In this document: piece by piece, positions 20,601 through 29,260 of the stretch
Position numbering within the stretch: the stretch's first letter is position 1
Layout of the letters: every line of letters starts with the position of its first letter
Source: an uncultured Candidatus Poseidoniales archaeon
Lineage (GTDB): Archaea; Thermoplasmatota; Poseidoniia; Poseidoniales; CAYMED01
Direction: 5' to 3'
Assembly: GCA_964389655.1 (NCBI GenBank)
Contig: CAYMED010000002.1
Location: 72,430 to 136,429, forward strand
Length of the DNA stretch: 64,000 nt
Notes under the pieces: model-generated
What the model was told of the DNA's origin: nothing
What the model saw: the letters and a program-made list of their open reading frames with translations, nothing else
Databases searched by the model: none
Program-made: the position numbers and the translations under genes

Positions 20601-21946
20601 ATGGAGTCTGTGATGGTCCCGTCAATGTGACCATTCGCGATGCGGATTTCTGTACAGGGGGTCCAGATGCCTTTCCATTAGATGCAAATGAGTGGTTGGA
20701 TACTGACGATGATGGAATTGGCAACAATGCAGATGCTGATGATGATAATGATGGTCTGAGTGATGAGAATGAAAGCATCTTTGGATCCGACCCCCAAATG
20801 TCGGATACCGATGGTGATGGGGTGTGTGATGGTTTGATCAATGTCTCCTCTAACGGCCAGTTAGAATGCACTGGTGGTCCAGATGCTTTCCCCTCAGATG
20901 CAAATGAGTGGTTAGATGCTGACGGTGATGGAATCGGCAACAATGCAGATGCTGATGATGATAATGATGGTGCAGCAGACGATATAGAAGTGAAATGCAA
21001 GACCGACCCATTTGATAAAGAATCGATTCCAATAATCGATGATGTTGGAAACTGTGTAGGGGAGGGAGATGAAGTAGCAAGTGATGGGGGGGAGGTGGCA
21101 GCAAACGATGGCTTCACTTTTATGTGGTGTTTCCTAATTTTCCTTGTTCTCATTCTCTTGTTGGTGCTACTAATATTTACTCGTGACAGAACTATAACAT
21201 TGATGATTATGGGTCCTGAGCCCGAAAATACCACAGCGGAACCCGATTTCTTGTCGGGTTTTGGAACACAAGACGATCCGTTCGTTCTTTCTCCATTGAT
21301 GGATGTAAAAGCAGGCAGCAAGGCTAGCGCCAAAGAGGTCATCAGAATCACTAATTTGGGTGATATTGACGTGCACTTGACAGATCTCAATCAAGCGAAT
21401 AACGGCACTAGATTCTCTATTTATGAGGCCAAATCAAAGAAAAGAAGCACTCGAGTAGTCAAGGTTGGAGGTGATGGAGAAATCAACATTCACATCCAGT
21501 TCGATGATGCCGAAGACCCAACGTATGGCGGTGGGGAATACAAAGGCTTACTCAAACTAGGCCACGATTCGGTTTACATCTATTGCAGTGTTACTGTGAA
21601 ACCAGACGCGAAAAAACTTAGAAAAGCCAAGAACGAGAATGCCACCAACTCCTCTAAGGAAGGGAAAAAGAAAGAGGCGCTTGAACGTGTCAAGAAAAGA
21701 GCATCAGACATTGATTTCAAGGCCTTAGGGACTGCAAAGGCTTCAGACAAAGATGACCTGCAAGAAATCAGAGGAATCGGCCCATTCATTGAAGAGAAAC
21801 TCAATGCCTTGGGTATCTACACCTTCAAACAGATTTCAAAGATGGATTCCAAAACCGAAGATCAAGTCAACGAGGCGATCGAATTTTTCCCTGGAAGGGT
21901 GAAGAGGGACCAATGGGTTGTTCAAGCCAAGATGCTTCTTGATTAG
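17648..21946 (+). CDS. Surface protein: ELWxxDGT-like propeller, Gly linker, putative Ig (He_PIG-like) repeats, TSP3 repeats, TM, cytoplasmic HhH-type domain
   Basis: GxELW repeats; ISPALPAGL..GTISGTPT Ig repeats; DTDGDG repeats; TM FMWCFLIFLVLILLLVLLIF; C-terminal DDLQEIRGIGPFIEEKLNALGIYTF. Confidence 0.85.
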   Translation: MACKSSMKAAMCSVMILVLSQTYFIQNQIPQPSVLDEFTRNSGSGNVFTGNGTQWRTAGSSSFDMGAAPTFYPLSNESFLFEHREESGKCVKRYHHSNISTSNVSVDSDFYCGAIGSGLHFGPIIDSIVYLSANSIEHGTELFAYDLSNDSLYMVDNINTEDNGFGTEYGSLPYHFAAIDSTLYFKAEGSSSTGMELWAFETTNSTSWMVADIKPGAGDSTPKNLLPIGTSILFTADDGTNGHELWVHETTNDSTWRVTDMNPNGASLSSYGGLRPYDSAVLGSRLMFWADDDGATGRELWAYETTNSTHWQVADINSGSGDSKSGQALITRDGSRMYFAADDGINGEELWAYEATNDSTWLLADICSPSCSSEPNQIAVVGGQLIFAAEAATEGRELYIYNFSNNTAWMRANLYQFTSTIADSNPDIIAVTGTQLLIVAKERKFVSTGSYAGTSLFVYETANDTIWWNDNLGLVSAGQSSAKTYGGTLNMGSEVIFSLGCTSSAAVNCPEGMSGRQLWVYTPSNVTIPDDFTPSGGDANNWEPPTGGFEGVWVGGGSGGSGGSGGGSGGGSGDGATIIPASNSLVLTNGTAMNPLTYRWANDGPVADAICEISPALPAGLTLAQGTCTIGGTPTVVQEATTYTLWVNGSGLSDSAEINITIEERIFHPPVITPSTTEAVLMRTVEMIPITFSNSGGAVVDWEVDPALPNGLSMAFDGTISGTPTTVQDAAAYTIRANNSDGANSTIVTITVGEYVPDPPQIDYDESSLSLTQYIQMTTQTPSNSGGEVVDWTISPELSPGLIFDNTTGSISGIPTTNESAIIYTIWANNTGGSSSDTLQITIEEPPEGLIASNSDVLLVRGVEMTQILFTYSGGDVTTWEISPELPSGLFFDAANNSIIGTATGSTNAVVFTIWANGTGFSENLNITIEILEDTDGDGLPDDLGNHVDSEFEEDLDDDNDGIADVAEGASVPETNSLLPDTDGDGVCDGPVNVTIRDADFCTGGPDAFPLDANEWLDTDDDGIGNNADADDDNDGLSDENESIFGSDPQMSDTDGDGVCDGLINVSSNGQLECTGGPDAFPSDANEWLDADGDGIGNNADADDDNDGAADDIEVKCKTDPFDKESIPIIDDVGNCVGEGDEVASDGGEVAANDGFTFMWCFLIFLVLILLLVLLIFTRDRTITLMIMGPEPENTTAEPDFLSGFGTQDDPFVLSPLMDVKAGSKASAKEVIRITNLGDIDVHLTDLNQANNGTRFSIYEAKSKKRSTRVVKVGGDGEINIHIQFDDAEDPTYGGGEYKGLLKLGHDSVYIYCSVTVKPDAKKLRKAKNENATNSSKEGKKKEALERVKKRASDIDFKALGTAKASDKDDLQEIRGIGPFIEEKLNALGIYTFKQISKMDSKTEDQVNEAIEFFPGRVKRDQWVVQAKMLLD
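19310..19370 (+). repeat. Low-complexity Gly/Ser linker (GGGSGGSGGSGGGSGGGSG)
   Basis: ggNggNtcN-type tandem codon repeats between the propeller and Ig regions. Confidence 0.7.
20588..20972 (+). repeat. Two diverged in-frame copies (216-bp period) of a TSP3-like unit DTDGDGVCDG...CTGGPDAFP.DANEWLD.D.DGIGNNADADDDNDG
   Basis: The units begin at 20588 and 20804. Confidence 0.8.
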
Positions 21947-22094
21947 GCTACTAAATGCGACATTTCTATAAAATTATGCGTTTTAATAGCCTTCAAGCTG
22001 ATGAAATTTCATGGAAAACCCCCTGAAATGAGCATTATTCAAATGGCGCGGGGACCCGAAGCCCCCATAGGGGAGCGGTGCGCGTGCATCACTT

Positions 22095-24746
22095 ATGCGC
22101 CGGCAGCGGCTAGTCCCTACATTGCTGGTGCTGGTGCTAATCGCACCCACTGTATTTGCAGCAACAAGTGGTCGAGATCCTTTTGCAGTTGAAGTATACC
22201 CTGCCGGTGCCTCGGAGAAGGTAGTCGACCCTGGTGAGACTGCTGAATATACCATTACTGTGGAGAATACAGGTGATCAAACCACAACCGTCTCCTTGAC
22301 AACTTCAAATGATCAGGGCCCAAATGTCTGTTCAAGTACAATTGAACCATTACCTGGCCCTCTTGAATCTGGGGCTTCAGATGACGTTACATTATCGGTA
22401 AACATCTCTGCTACAGCCGAAAAAGACGCCACTTGTGTAACAACAGTAACGGCAACAGTAACTGGAGCCCAGCCCGCTCAAACAGAAGTAACAACCACTG
22501 TTGGGGATGGTGATGCGACCCCCCCGTCCGCTCTTGGTGTGGAAGTTACCGCACAAATTGATGAGAAACAATACCAGGGTACAAGCCCTGTTAAGTATAC
22601 ATTTGAAATTAAAAATACAGGACAAGTGAATGAGAACATCAGTTTATCCTTTGAGGATATTGCTTCGGAAAATCCAGACCGCTGTGATAGTTCTGGCCTT
22701 GGTGCCACACTTTCAGAAACATTGGTTGCAGTTGAACGTGATAAAACCGAGACAGTAACTCTAGATGTCGACATTCCAGAAGGGAGTGATGCTGGAAGGC
22801 ACTGTTTCGAAGTTACTGGCTCAGTTACGGGAGACGTTACCAATAATGCAACAGATTCTGATGACGTGACTCTTATTATCCCCCCAATTCATGATTGTGA
22901 AGTCTCAATCAATCCTTCCTCAATTGAGATCAAACCAGGTGAATCAAAGTCGGCATCAGTACAGATTCAAAATCGAGGAAATGAGGATTGGACCGTTTCC
23001 CTAACGGGTACGCCCACTTCCCATTTTTCTCTAGCCGCAGGTGAAGATGGGTCTAAGAAAATCTCTCGAGATGGTTCTGTATCGTTTAATATTGAACTAA
23101 CAGTTCCAGAAGATACCAATGCAGATGCTGGGGCAAAAGAGACGGTAAGAATTCAAGGAAAGGACGGCAAGCAATTGATTTGCGATGTTACTGCCCAGAT
23201 TACCGTTGGGCGATTGAGATCTGCTACGATTTCAGCATCGAGTAGCGTGTTGAGGGGCGCCACGCCTGGTGAGATCGCAGAACTCGAATTGACGGTAAGA
23301 AATACTGGAAATGGTGGTGATACATTCAACTTGGCAGTTCAGCACTCTAATTCACGTCCAGCGGGTTGGGGTGACCCAAATATTTCAACAGATAAAGTCA
23401 CTCTTTCAGCTAAAATGACTGGAACGGTTAGTATTTCAATTGATGTTCCATCCAATGCTCTAGGTTTAGAAAGCGTGCTTTTGAGAGCAACAATCTCATC
23501 AATAGATGGAACACTTTTCTCAGAAGTTACTGTTTCAATTGAAGTTAAAGAAGTATTGGATTTATCCATAAAACCAAGTTATGAGGGTGCAGAAAAACAA
23601 ATTGGTCGAACCGATACCGAAGCGCGCTTCCCAATTATTATTCAAAACGATGGAAATGTCGAAGACACATTTTCTCTTGCAGTCTCGGATAGAGGAGGGG
23701 AAGATCGCTGGGCGACTCGATTTTCTGATGAGAATGGGGGCAGTATTGAAGGTGATAAAGTCACACTTTCTCCTTTTTCAGAATCAACCATTTATGCACT
23801 TGTAACCATCGAGGGAAAGAGCCGCGGGGAAGAACAAACAATTGAGGTGCGCATACAAAGTGAGCGAAGCATCAATTCAGTTGCTCTGATGGAGATCACT
23901 GCGAAAGTCGATAACTCAAATTATGGGATGGGCATTGTTCTTGTAGGGCATAGTGGGGATGCTACAAGAGAGAGCCTTACTCTTTCACCGGGCGGAAACT
24001 CAACCCAATTTCTCCTTCTAACAAATATCGGTGACCGAGATGATACTGCCCGCATTGACGTCGTCGGCGAGGACTCAATGGTTCGGGTCAAAATAATGGA
24101 TGAAAATGGAACTGAACTCAGTATTAGTAATGCTTCTATGAAAATCACCATGGGCGAATCCGAGTCCCTATCAATACGAATTGATGTAGATGTGGATGCT
24201 CCATCGGGGACCATGCGCCTCATAAAAATCAGAACATGGTCCACGAAGAATAGTGGGGATATTGCAGAAGTTCATTTCCCAGTTGAAGTTCGCATCATCC
24301 AAGATCTTGTATTTTCATCCAATGCTTCACTCGAGCGTGTGGTCTCTCCAAACGGCAAAGCTGAATTCGTGTTTTCTATTGAGAATCGAGGAAACATGGA
24401 CGAGCAAATTCGCTTATCTGTTACTGATCCTGTTAGGGGGTGGAGCCTACTCGTTTATGATCAAGAATTCAACTTAATCGATGAAGAAGCTCTTATCGAT
24501 ATCAAAGCTGGAGGGGCCCGAACATTCACGGCACGCGCGAGTCCCCCTGTTTCAGCGTCTGTCGAAGAAACACTTGACTTTACGGTCTCCCTTCACAAGG
24601 CAGATTCATCAAAAATAGGTTCGCAGCACCTTGAGTTCTCCGCCACATTCCGTCCCTTAGATGAGGGTTTACCGGGTTTTTCGTTGTTTTTAGCCATCAA
24701 TTCAATCATATTTTCAGCCATCCTAATCGATCGAAAACGCCACTAA
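22095..24746 (+). CDS. Multi-NEW3/CARDB-like Ig-repeat surface protein (COG1470-like) with PGF-CTERM sorting signal
   Basis: Repeated [VI].N.GN..D...L units; C-terminal LPGFSLFLAINSIIFSAILIDRKRH. Confidence 0.82.
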   Translation: MRRQRLVPTLLVLVLIAPTVFAATSGRDPFAVEVYPAGASEKVVDPGETAEYTITVENTGDQTTTVSLTTSNDQGPNVCSSTIEPLPGPLESGASDDVTLSVNISATAEKDATCVTTVTATVTGAQPAQTEVTTTVGDGDATPPSALGVEVTAQIDEKQYQGTSPVKYTFEIKNTGQVNENISLSFEDIASENPDRCDSSGLGATLSETLVAVERDKTETVTLDVDIPEGSDAGRHCFEVTGSVTGDVTNNATDSDDVTLIIPPIHDCEVSINPSSIEIKPGESKSASVQIQNRGNEDWTVSLTGTPTSHFSLAAGEDGSKKISRDGSVSFNIELTVPEDTNADAGAKETVRIQGKDGKQLICDVTAQITVGRLRSATISASSSVLRGATPGEIAELELTVRNTGNGGDTFNLAVQHSNSRPAGWGDPNISTDKVTLSAKMTGTVSISIDVPSNALGLESVLLRATISSIDGTLFSEVTVSIEVKEVLDLSIKPSYEGAEKQIGRTDTEARFPIIIQNDGNVEDTFSLAVSDRGGEDRWATRFSDENGGSIEGDKVTLSPFSESTIYALVTIEGKSRGEEQTIEVRIQSERSINSVALMEITAKVDNSNYGMGIVLVGHSGDATRESLTLSPGGNSTQFLLLTNIGDRDDTARIDVVGEDSMVRVKIMDENGTELSISNASMKITMGESESLSIRIDVDVDAPSGTMRLIKIRTWSTKNSGDIAEVHFPVEVRIIQDLVFSSNASLERVVSPNGKAEFVFSIENRGNMDEQIRLSVTDPVRGWSLLVYDQEFNLIDEEALIDIKAGGARTFTARASPPVSASVEETLDFTVSLHKADSSKIGSQHLEFSATFRPLDEGLPGFSLFLAINSIIFSAILIDRKRH

Positions 24747-24852
24747 ATCAGTGCAAAAAAGTGTATAACACTCTTGCCTCTTGAACGGCACGCTTATGGA
24801 TGCCCTTCATCTCGATGAGATCACCCTGATAGAGAAGGCTTGGGTGGGTAAT

Positions 24853-25314
24853 ATGGCCGCTGAAATTAGTGTGGCTCAACAATACACGGGGCTTGGCCTC
24901 TTAATTTTCATTGGATTGGGTTTTCCTATCGCCGCATTTACTCTTTCTCGTTTCTTCCGTCCGATGCCCGACCCAGACGACCCATCACGCACAAAATCGT
25001 ATTTTATGGACGGTTACGAAGTAGACCATAGCAACTATCCTCGGCGACTTTCGACTTATGAATGTGGGTCTGACCCGATAGGCGATGCAATGATTCAATT
25101 CCACTTTCAATATTATTGGTATGCTCTGATATTCCTTGTTTTTGATATTGCATTTATGTTCTTGGCCTTTGGCGGCATTTCAACAGTACACAATAGCAAG
25201 ATAGGTGCTCCGAAAGAAGCATTGGGCCCATTAGTGACCCTTTCTGTCTTCTTTTTTATTATGGTACTTGGAGTGTGGCATGTTTTCCGCAAGCGAGGCA
25301 GAATTTACATCTAA
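24853..25314 (+). CDS. nuoA: Complex I-like subunit A
   Basis: TYECG loop; FQYYWYALIFLVFD. Confidence 0.92.
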   Translation: MAAEISVAQQYTGLGLLIFIGLGFPIAAFTLSRFFRPMPDPDDPSRTKSYFMDGYEVDHSNYPRRLSTYECGSDPIGDAMIQFHFQYYWYALIFLVFDIAFMFLAFGGISTVHNSKIGAPKEALGPLVTLSVFFFIMVLGVWHVFRKRGRIYI

Positions 25315-25916
25315 TGGGGCACGATACAATGGGACAAGAACCAAATTATACTGCTTTTAACAGTCGCTCATTGGTCGATGTAGTCGGAAATATTACAGAT
25401 GAAGCCCTCAAAGCGAGTCGGCTCAAGCAATTCATCGGCGTGCTAGGGGGCCGTTTGTTTAATTGGGGACAGCGAAAGTCGCTGATGCCCCTCCATCTTG
25501 GTATCAAATGCTGCGCCTTGGAGATGGCCGCTGCCGGTGGTTCTCGTTTCGATGCTGAGCGATTTGGTGTTGTATTTCGATCCAGTCCAAGGCAATCTGA
25601 TGTTTTACTCGTAAATGGTCCGATTAGCCGTAAGTTTGCCGACCCCCTCGTCCGTTTATGGGAGCAAATGCCTGAACCGAAGTGGTGCATTGCTATGGGT
25701 GAATGCGCAATTAGTGGTGGCCCTTATTTCCAATCTTACAACATTCTTGAAGGAGTGGATACAATTGTCCCTGTTGATGTATACATTCCTGGCTGCCCCC
25801 CCCGGCCAGAGGCTCTCATTGATGGCTTTGGAAAACTCCGCCAAAAAATAATGAAAATAGGAACCCCCCCAAAAAAGGGGGATGAAAATTCAGCCATCAC
25901 AATAGGGGGTGATTGA
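25314..25916 (+). CDS. nuoB: Complex I-like subunit B (cluster N2)
   Basis: KCCALEM, SPRQSD, MPEPKWCIAMGECA and VDVYIPGCPPRPEA. Confidence 0.95.
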   Translation: MGHDTMGQEPNYTAFNSRSLVDVVGNITDEALKASRLKQFIGVLGGRLFNWGQRKSLMPLHLGIKCCALEMAAAGGSRFDAERFGVVFRSSPRQSDVLLVNGPISRKFADPLVRLWEQMPEPKWCIAMGECAISGGPYFQSYNILEGVDTIVPVDVYIPGCPPRPEALIDGFGKLRQKIMKIGTPPKKGDENSAITIGGD

Positions 25917-26585
25917 GTGGTGACTTGCGTTAGTTCCGAATCATCCGAATCAGCAGTACAAGCATTTGTGGATGCTGCGAATAAAAGATTTGCAGGGACG
26001 GGGACCGAATCATTTCTCGAACATCACACGGGCGGGCACCATAAGCGACCATTTGCTCGACTTCACATACCCCCGCGCCATCTCCTCGCTGTTATGAAAT
26101 GGATGAAATTTGATCAAAACATAGATCATTGCTCCATGATTACGGGAATACATTGGCCAGAGGGTGGCGATAAAAAATGCTGGGAAGTTGTATATCATCT
26201 CCTCCGAACCCCAATCCGAAACCCTCCTCAAGTTACTAAGACTCATTGTGCTCCGATGAGGATTCAAATTGATGCCTTAGCACCGGAACAAACCCCCCTT
26301 GAAATCGAAGTGGTTGTAATATTGCCCCCCGGTGATCCAAAAGTTGATTCAGTGCAACAATTATGGATAGGCGCTGATTGGAATGAGAAAGAGACTTGGG
26401 ACTTGGTAGGGATTGAATTCCAAGGGCACAAGAATATGCATCGTGTCCTATTACCCAATGATTCTCCAAAAGGTTACCATCCACTGCAAAAACAGCATAA
26501 ACTTCGGTATCACGAATTCAATGAGATGTATGACGATCCTCAGGGATTTGGACGGAAAACCATAGATGCAGACCGGATAAAGTGA
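25917..26585 (+). CDS. nuoC: Complex I-like subunit C
   Basis: ADWNEKETWDLVGIEFQGH...HPLQK; operon position; GGTGA SD before GTG. Confidence 0.9.
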   Translation: MVTCVSSESSESAVQAFVDAANKRFAGTGTESFLEHHTGGHHKRPFARLHIPPRHLLAVMKWMKFDQNIDHCSMITGIHWPEGGDKKCWEVVYHLLRTPIRNPPQVTKTHCAPMRIQIDALAPEQTPLEIEVVVILPPGDPKVDSVQQLWIGADWNEKETWDLVGIEFQGHKNMHRVLLPNDSPKGYHPLQKQHKLRYHEFNEMYDDPQGFGRKTIDADRIK

Positions 26586-26596
26586 GGTGTTATACT

Positions 26597-27733
26597 ATGG
26601 CAGAAATGTGGATTACAATGGGGCCCCAACACCCCATGACACACGGGCTATGGACGTTGCGCGTCAAGGTGGATGGGGAAGTTGTAACTGACACTGAGCC
26701 CGAACTTGGTTATATCCACCGGGGTGTAGAAAAGATTTCGGAAAGTCGAGACTTCACACAAATCACACCCTATTGTGATCGCTTGTGTTATGCTAGTGCC
26801 ATGACGTGGGCGCAATCATACATTTATGCTGCTGAAGACCTTCTAGAAGTCGAAGTTCCCGAGCGAGCAGAATATATTCGCCTTATTGCAGTTGAGATGC
26901 AGCGTATTGCAAGTCATTTGATGTGGCTGGGCGCCTATTGTCCCGATGTTGGGAATCTAACAGTATTCGTATATTGTCTACGCGACCGCGAATTATTTCT
27001 TGATCTATTGCAAGAACTCGGTGGGAGCCGAATGCATTACAACTTTCCCCGAATTGGCGGTGTGAAGAGAGACTTACCAATTGGATTCGCCCAACGGGCA
27101 CGCGCTAAAATCAACATTTTCATTGACCGCATGAAAGAATATGAACAAATGCTCGATGAATCTACAATCTTTCTCGTCCGTACTCAAGATGTTGGTTACA
27201 CAAAACCAGAAGAAATGATTCAATGGGGAGTAACAGGCCCTAACATCCGCGCTGGTGGTGTGGATTATGACATTAGAACCGCCCATCCATACAGTGTTTA
27301 TGATGAACTTGACTGGGAACCCGCCGTTGAATCACCTTCGATCAAAGGTGCGGATTGTTATGACCGCTATCGCGTCCGAATGGAGGAAATGAGGCAATCC
27401 TGTGCGATGATCCTCGAAGCCCTTGATCGGTTACCAGGGGGTACCGACACCCACCACGAACCCTATGATCCAATGATTCTCTCAAAAGCTCCATCTCGAG
27501 CACCCGAAGGCTCTTCTGGGTTCCACCGATTTGAAGACAGTAGAGGAGAATCTCTATTTCACATTGTAGGCGGTGGAGAAGGGAGAGGGAAGATGCCATA
27601 TCGCATGTCTATCCGCTCTCCAATGTTTATCACAATTCCATATGTGGCCAAAGTCATGATTGGTCACAAAGTTGCAGATATACCAGCTATCATGGGCTCA
27701 TTTGACCCATGCATTGGGGAGACTGACCGGTAG
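26597..27733 (+). CDS. nuoD: Complex I-like subunit D
   Basis: MGPQHPMTHG, GYIHRGVEK, DRLCY and C-terminal DPCIGETDR; GAGGTG SD. Confidence 0.95.
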   Translation: MAEMWITMGPQHPMTHGLWTLRVKVDGEVVTDTEPELGYIHRGVEKISESRDFTQITPYCDRLCYASAMTWAQSYIYAAEDLLEVEVPERAEYIRLIAVEMQRIASHLMWLGAYCPDVGNLTVFVYCLRDRELFLDLLQELGGSRMHYNFPRIGGVKRDLPIGFAQRARAKINIFIDRMKEYEQMLDESTIFLVRTQDVGYTKPEEMIQWGVTGPNIRAGGVDYDIRTAHPYSVYDELDWEPAVESPSIKGADCYDRYRVRMEEMRQSCAMILEALDRLPGGTDTHHEPYDPMILSKAPSRAPEGSSGFHRFEDSRGESLFHIVGGGEGRGKMPYRMSIRSPMFITIPYVAKVMIGHKVADIPAIMGSFDPCIGETDR

Positions 27734-27742
27734 GGTGAAATC

Positions 27743-29260
27743 ATGGCAAGAGACGCTCGTGGAATTGAACTTGATTGGCTCAACCTTCGTTCACTTGTGG
27801 ATTCATCAATGACCTTTGTCGCAGAGAACAGCATTGGAATGACACGCTTTCATTCATCGACAGTTGCAGTTGCCAATATCCTCAGAGAAGCAACGATGGC
27901 TTCGATTGTTTTTGGATTGATTATGGGCACCCTTCTCGCTCTTCTTTGGATTGAGCGCAAATTATTGGGTCGCCTGATGGATCGCCGCGGTGCAATGACC
28001 AGTTTGCGAAGTTTATGGGCTGGAGAGGGTGGTGTTGATGCTGGTGAATGGTGGCATAAAGTCCCTTATGGCCTTGGAAAACCAATTGGGTGGGGGATTC
28101 GCACACTTCAGAGAATTCATGGAAATAGGGCAGCATTGGAGACAGTTGATCGTGTGAATGATCGTTCATACTTGGGCTGGCCAATATTCCCGGGCCTTTT
28201 CCAAAATGCAGCGGACGGGGCTAAATTGTTACAGAAAGAGTGGATGATTCCCGAAAAAGCCGATCGTATGATGTTTGAAGTTGCTCCTTTCATAATCATT
28301 AGTTCAACGGTGATGATTCTTGGCATGCTTCCCCTAGGGCCTGCAATTTATGGGCCCGACCCAGATTACGGTGTTTTGATGGCAATGGCCATTTTCGGCG
28401 TGGCCCCACTAGGCGTTTTCTTTGCAGGATGGGCATCCAATAACAAATATACACTCATTGGTGGGATTCGTAGTGCCGCCCAATTAACAGCCTATGAGAT
28501 CCCTCTTCTTCTTGTTGTGTTATCCGTGTGTGTACTCGCAGGGACATTCAATTTCCGAGAGATTGTTCAGGCACAAATTGATGCACACACGTGGAACCTT
28601 TTCTTGATGCCCCTTGGCTTTTTATTGTTCATCGTAGCCATGGTTGCAGAAGTAGAACGAATTCCATTTGACATGCCTGAAGCAGAGGCGGAATTAGTTG
28701 AAGGATGGTGGACGGAATATGGTGGCATGCGCTGGGGCCTGATGTTTGCAGCAGAATATCTGCGCGTTTATGCCGCTTGTATCCTTGCAACCATTTTCTT
28801 CCTAGGTGGCTGGCAAGCTCCGTTTGGAGCTGCTTTTGCAGCAATACCGGGCATCGGTAATGGGATTAATAGTGCACTTTACCTCATTCCAGGTGTTGTT
28901 TGGGTCTTACTCAAATCGTGGGCTGTTTTTTGCATATTCGTATGGATTCGTGCCGCCCTCCCTAGAGTAAGAACGGATCAAATTCTTGAATTTGGGTGGA
29001 GGTGGCTATTGCCAATCAGTTTCGTTAATTTGGTCATTTCGATAACTTTGCGCTTAGTGGCGACTTCATCATCAGGGTGGTTCGGTTGGGACATTCTTTG
29101 GGCAATTCCATTGAGTGTCGGACCACTACTTATTCTCATATTGTATACGTTTGATGAGGGTGAAGATTTGAAGCGCCCTGAGCCGATTACTGTAAGCGAT
29201 GTATCTGAAAAAGGAATTCAAATTGCTGCACGAAATGCCAACTCCAAAGGAGGGCAATGA
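27743..29260 (+). CDS. nuoH: Complex I-like subunit H with loop insertion
   Basis: ERKLLGRL, ADGAKLLQKE, SNNKY, RSAAQLTAYE, RIPFDMPEAEAELVEG and PRVRTDQ. Confidence 0.95.
   Translation: MARDARGIELDWLNLRSLVDSSMTFVAENSIGMTRFHSSTVAVANILREATMASIVFGLIMGTLLALLWIERKLLGRLMDRRGAMTSLRSLWAGEGGVDAGEWWHKVPYGLGKPIGWGIRTLQRIHGNRAALETVDRVNDRSYLGWPIFPGLFQNAADGAKLLQKEWMIPEKADRMMFEVAPFIIISSTVMILGMLPLGPAIYGPDPDYGVLMAMAIFGVAPLGVFFAGWASNNKYTLIGGIRSAAQLTAYEIPLLLVVLSVCVLAGTFNFREIVQAQIDAHTWNLFLMPLGFLLFIVAMVAEVERIPFDMPEAEAELVEGWWTEYGGMRWGLMFAAEYLRVYAACILATIFFLGGWQAPFGAAFAAIPGIGNGINSALYLIPGVVWVLLKSWAVFCIFVWIRAALPRVRTDQILEFGWRWLLPISFVNLVISITLRLVATSSSGWFGWDILWAIPLSVGPLLILILYTFDEGEDLKRPEPITVSDVSEKGIQIAARNANSKGGQ

Noticed and set aside
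20485-21390. Long Ser/Pro-rich antisense ORFs (also 536-1075 and 50981-51751)
   Set aside because: These are reverse complements of Asp/Gly-rich TSP3 repeats and have no independent coding signal.
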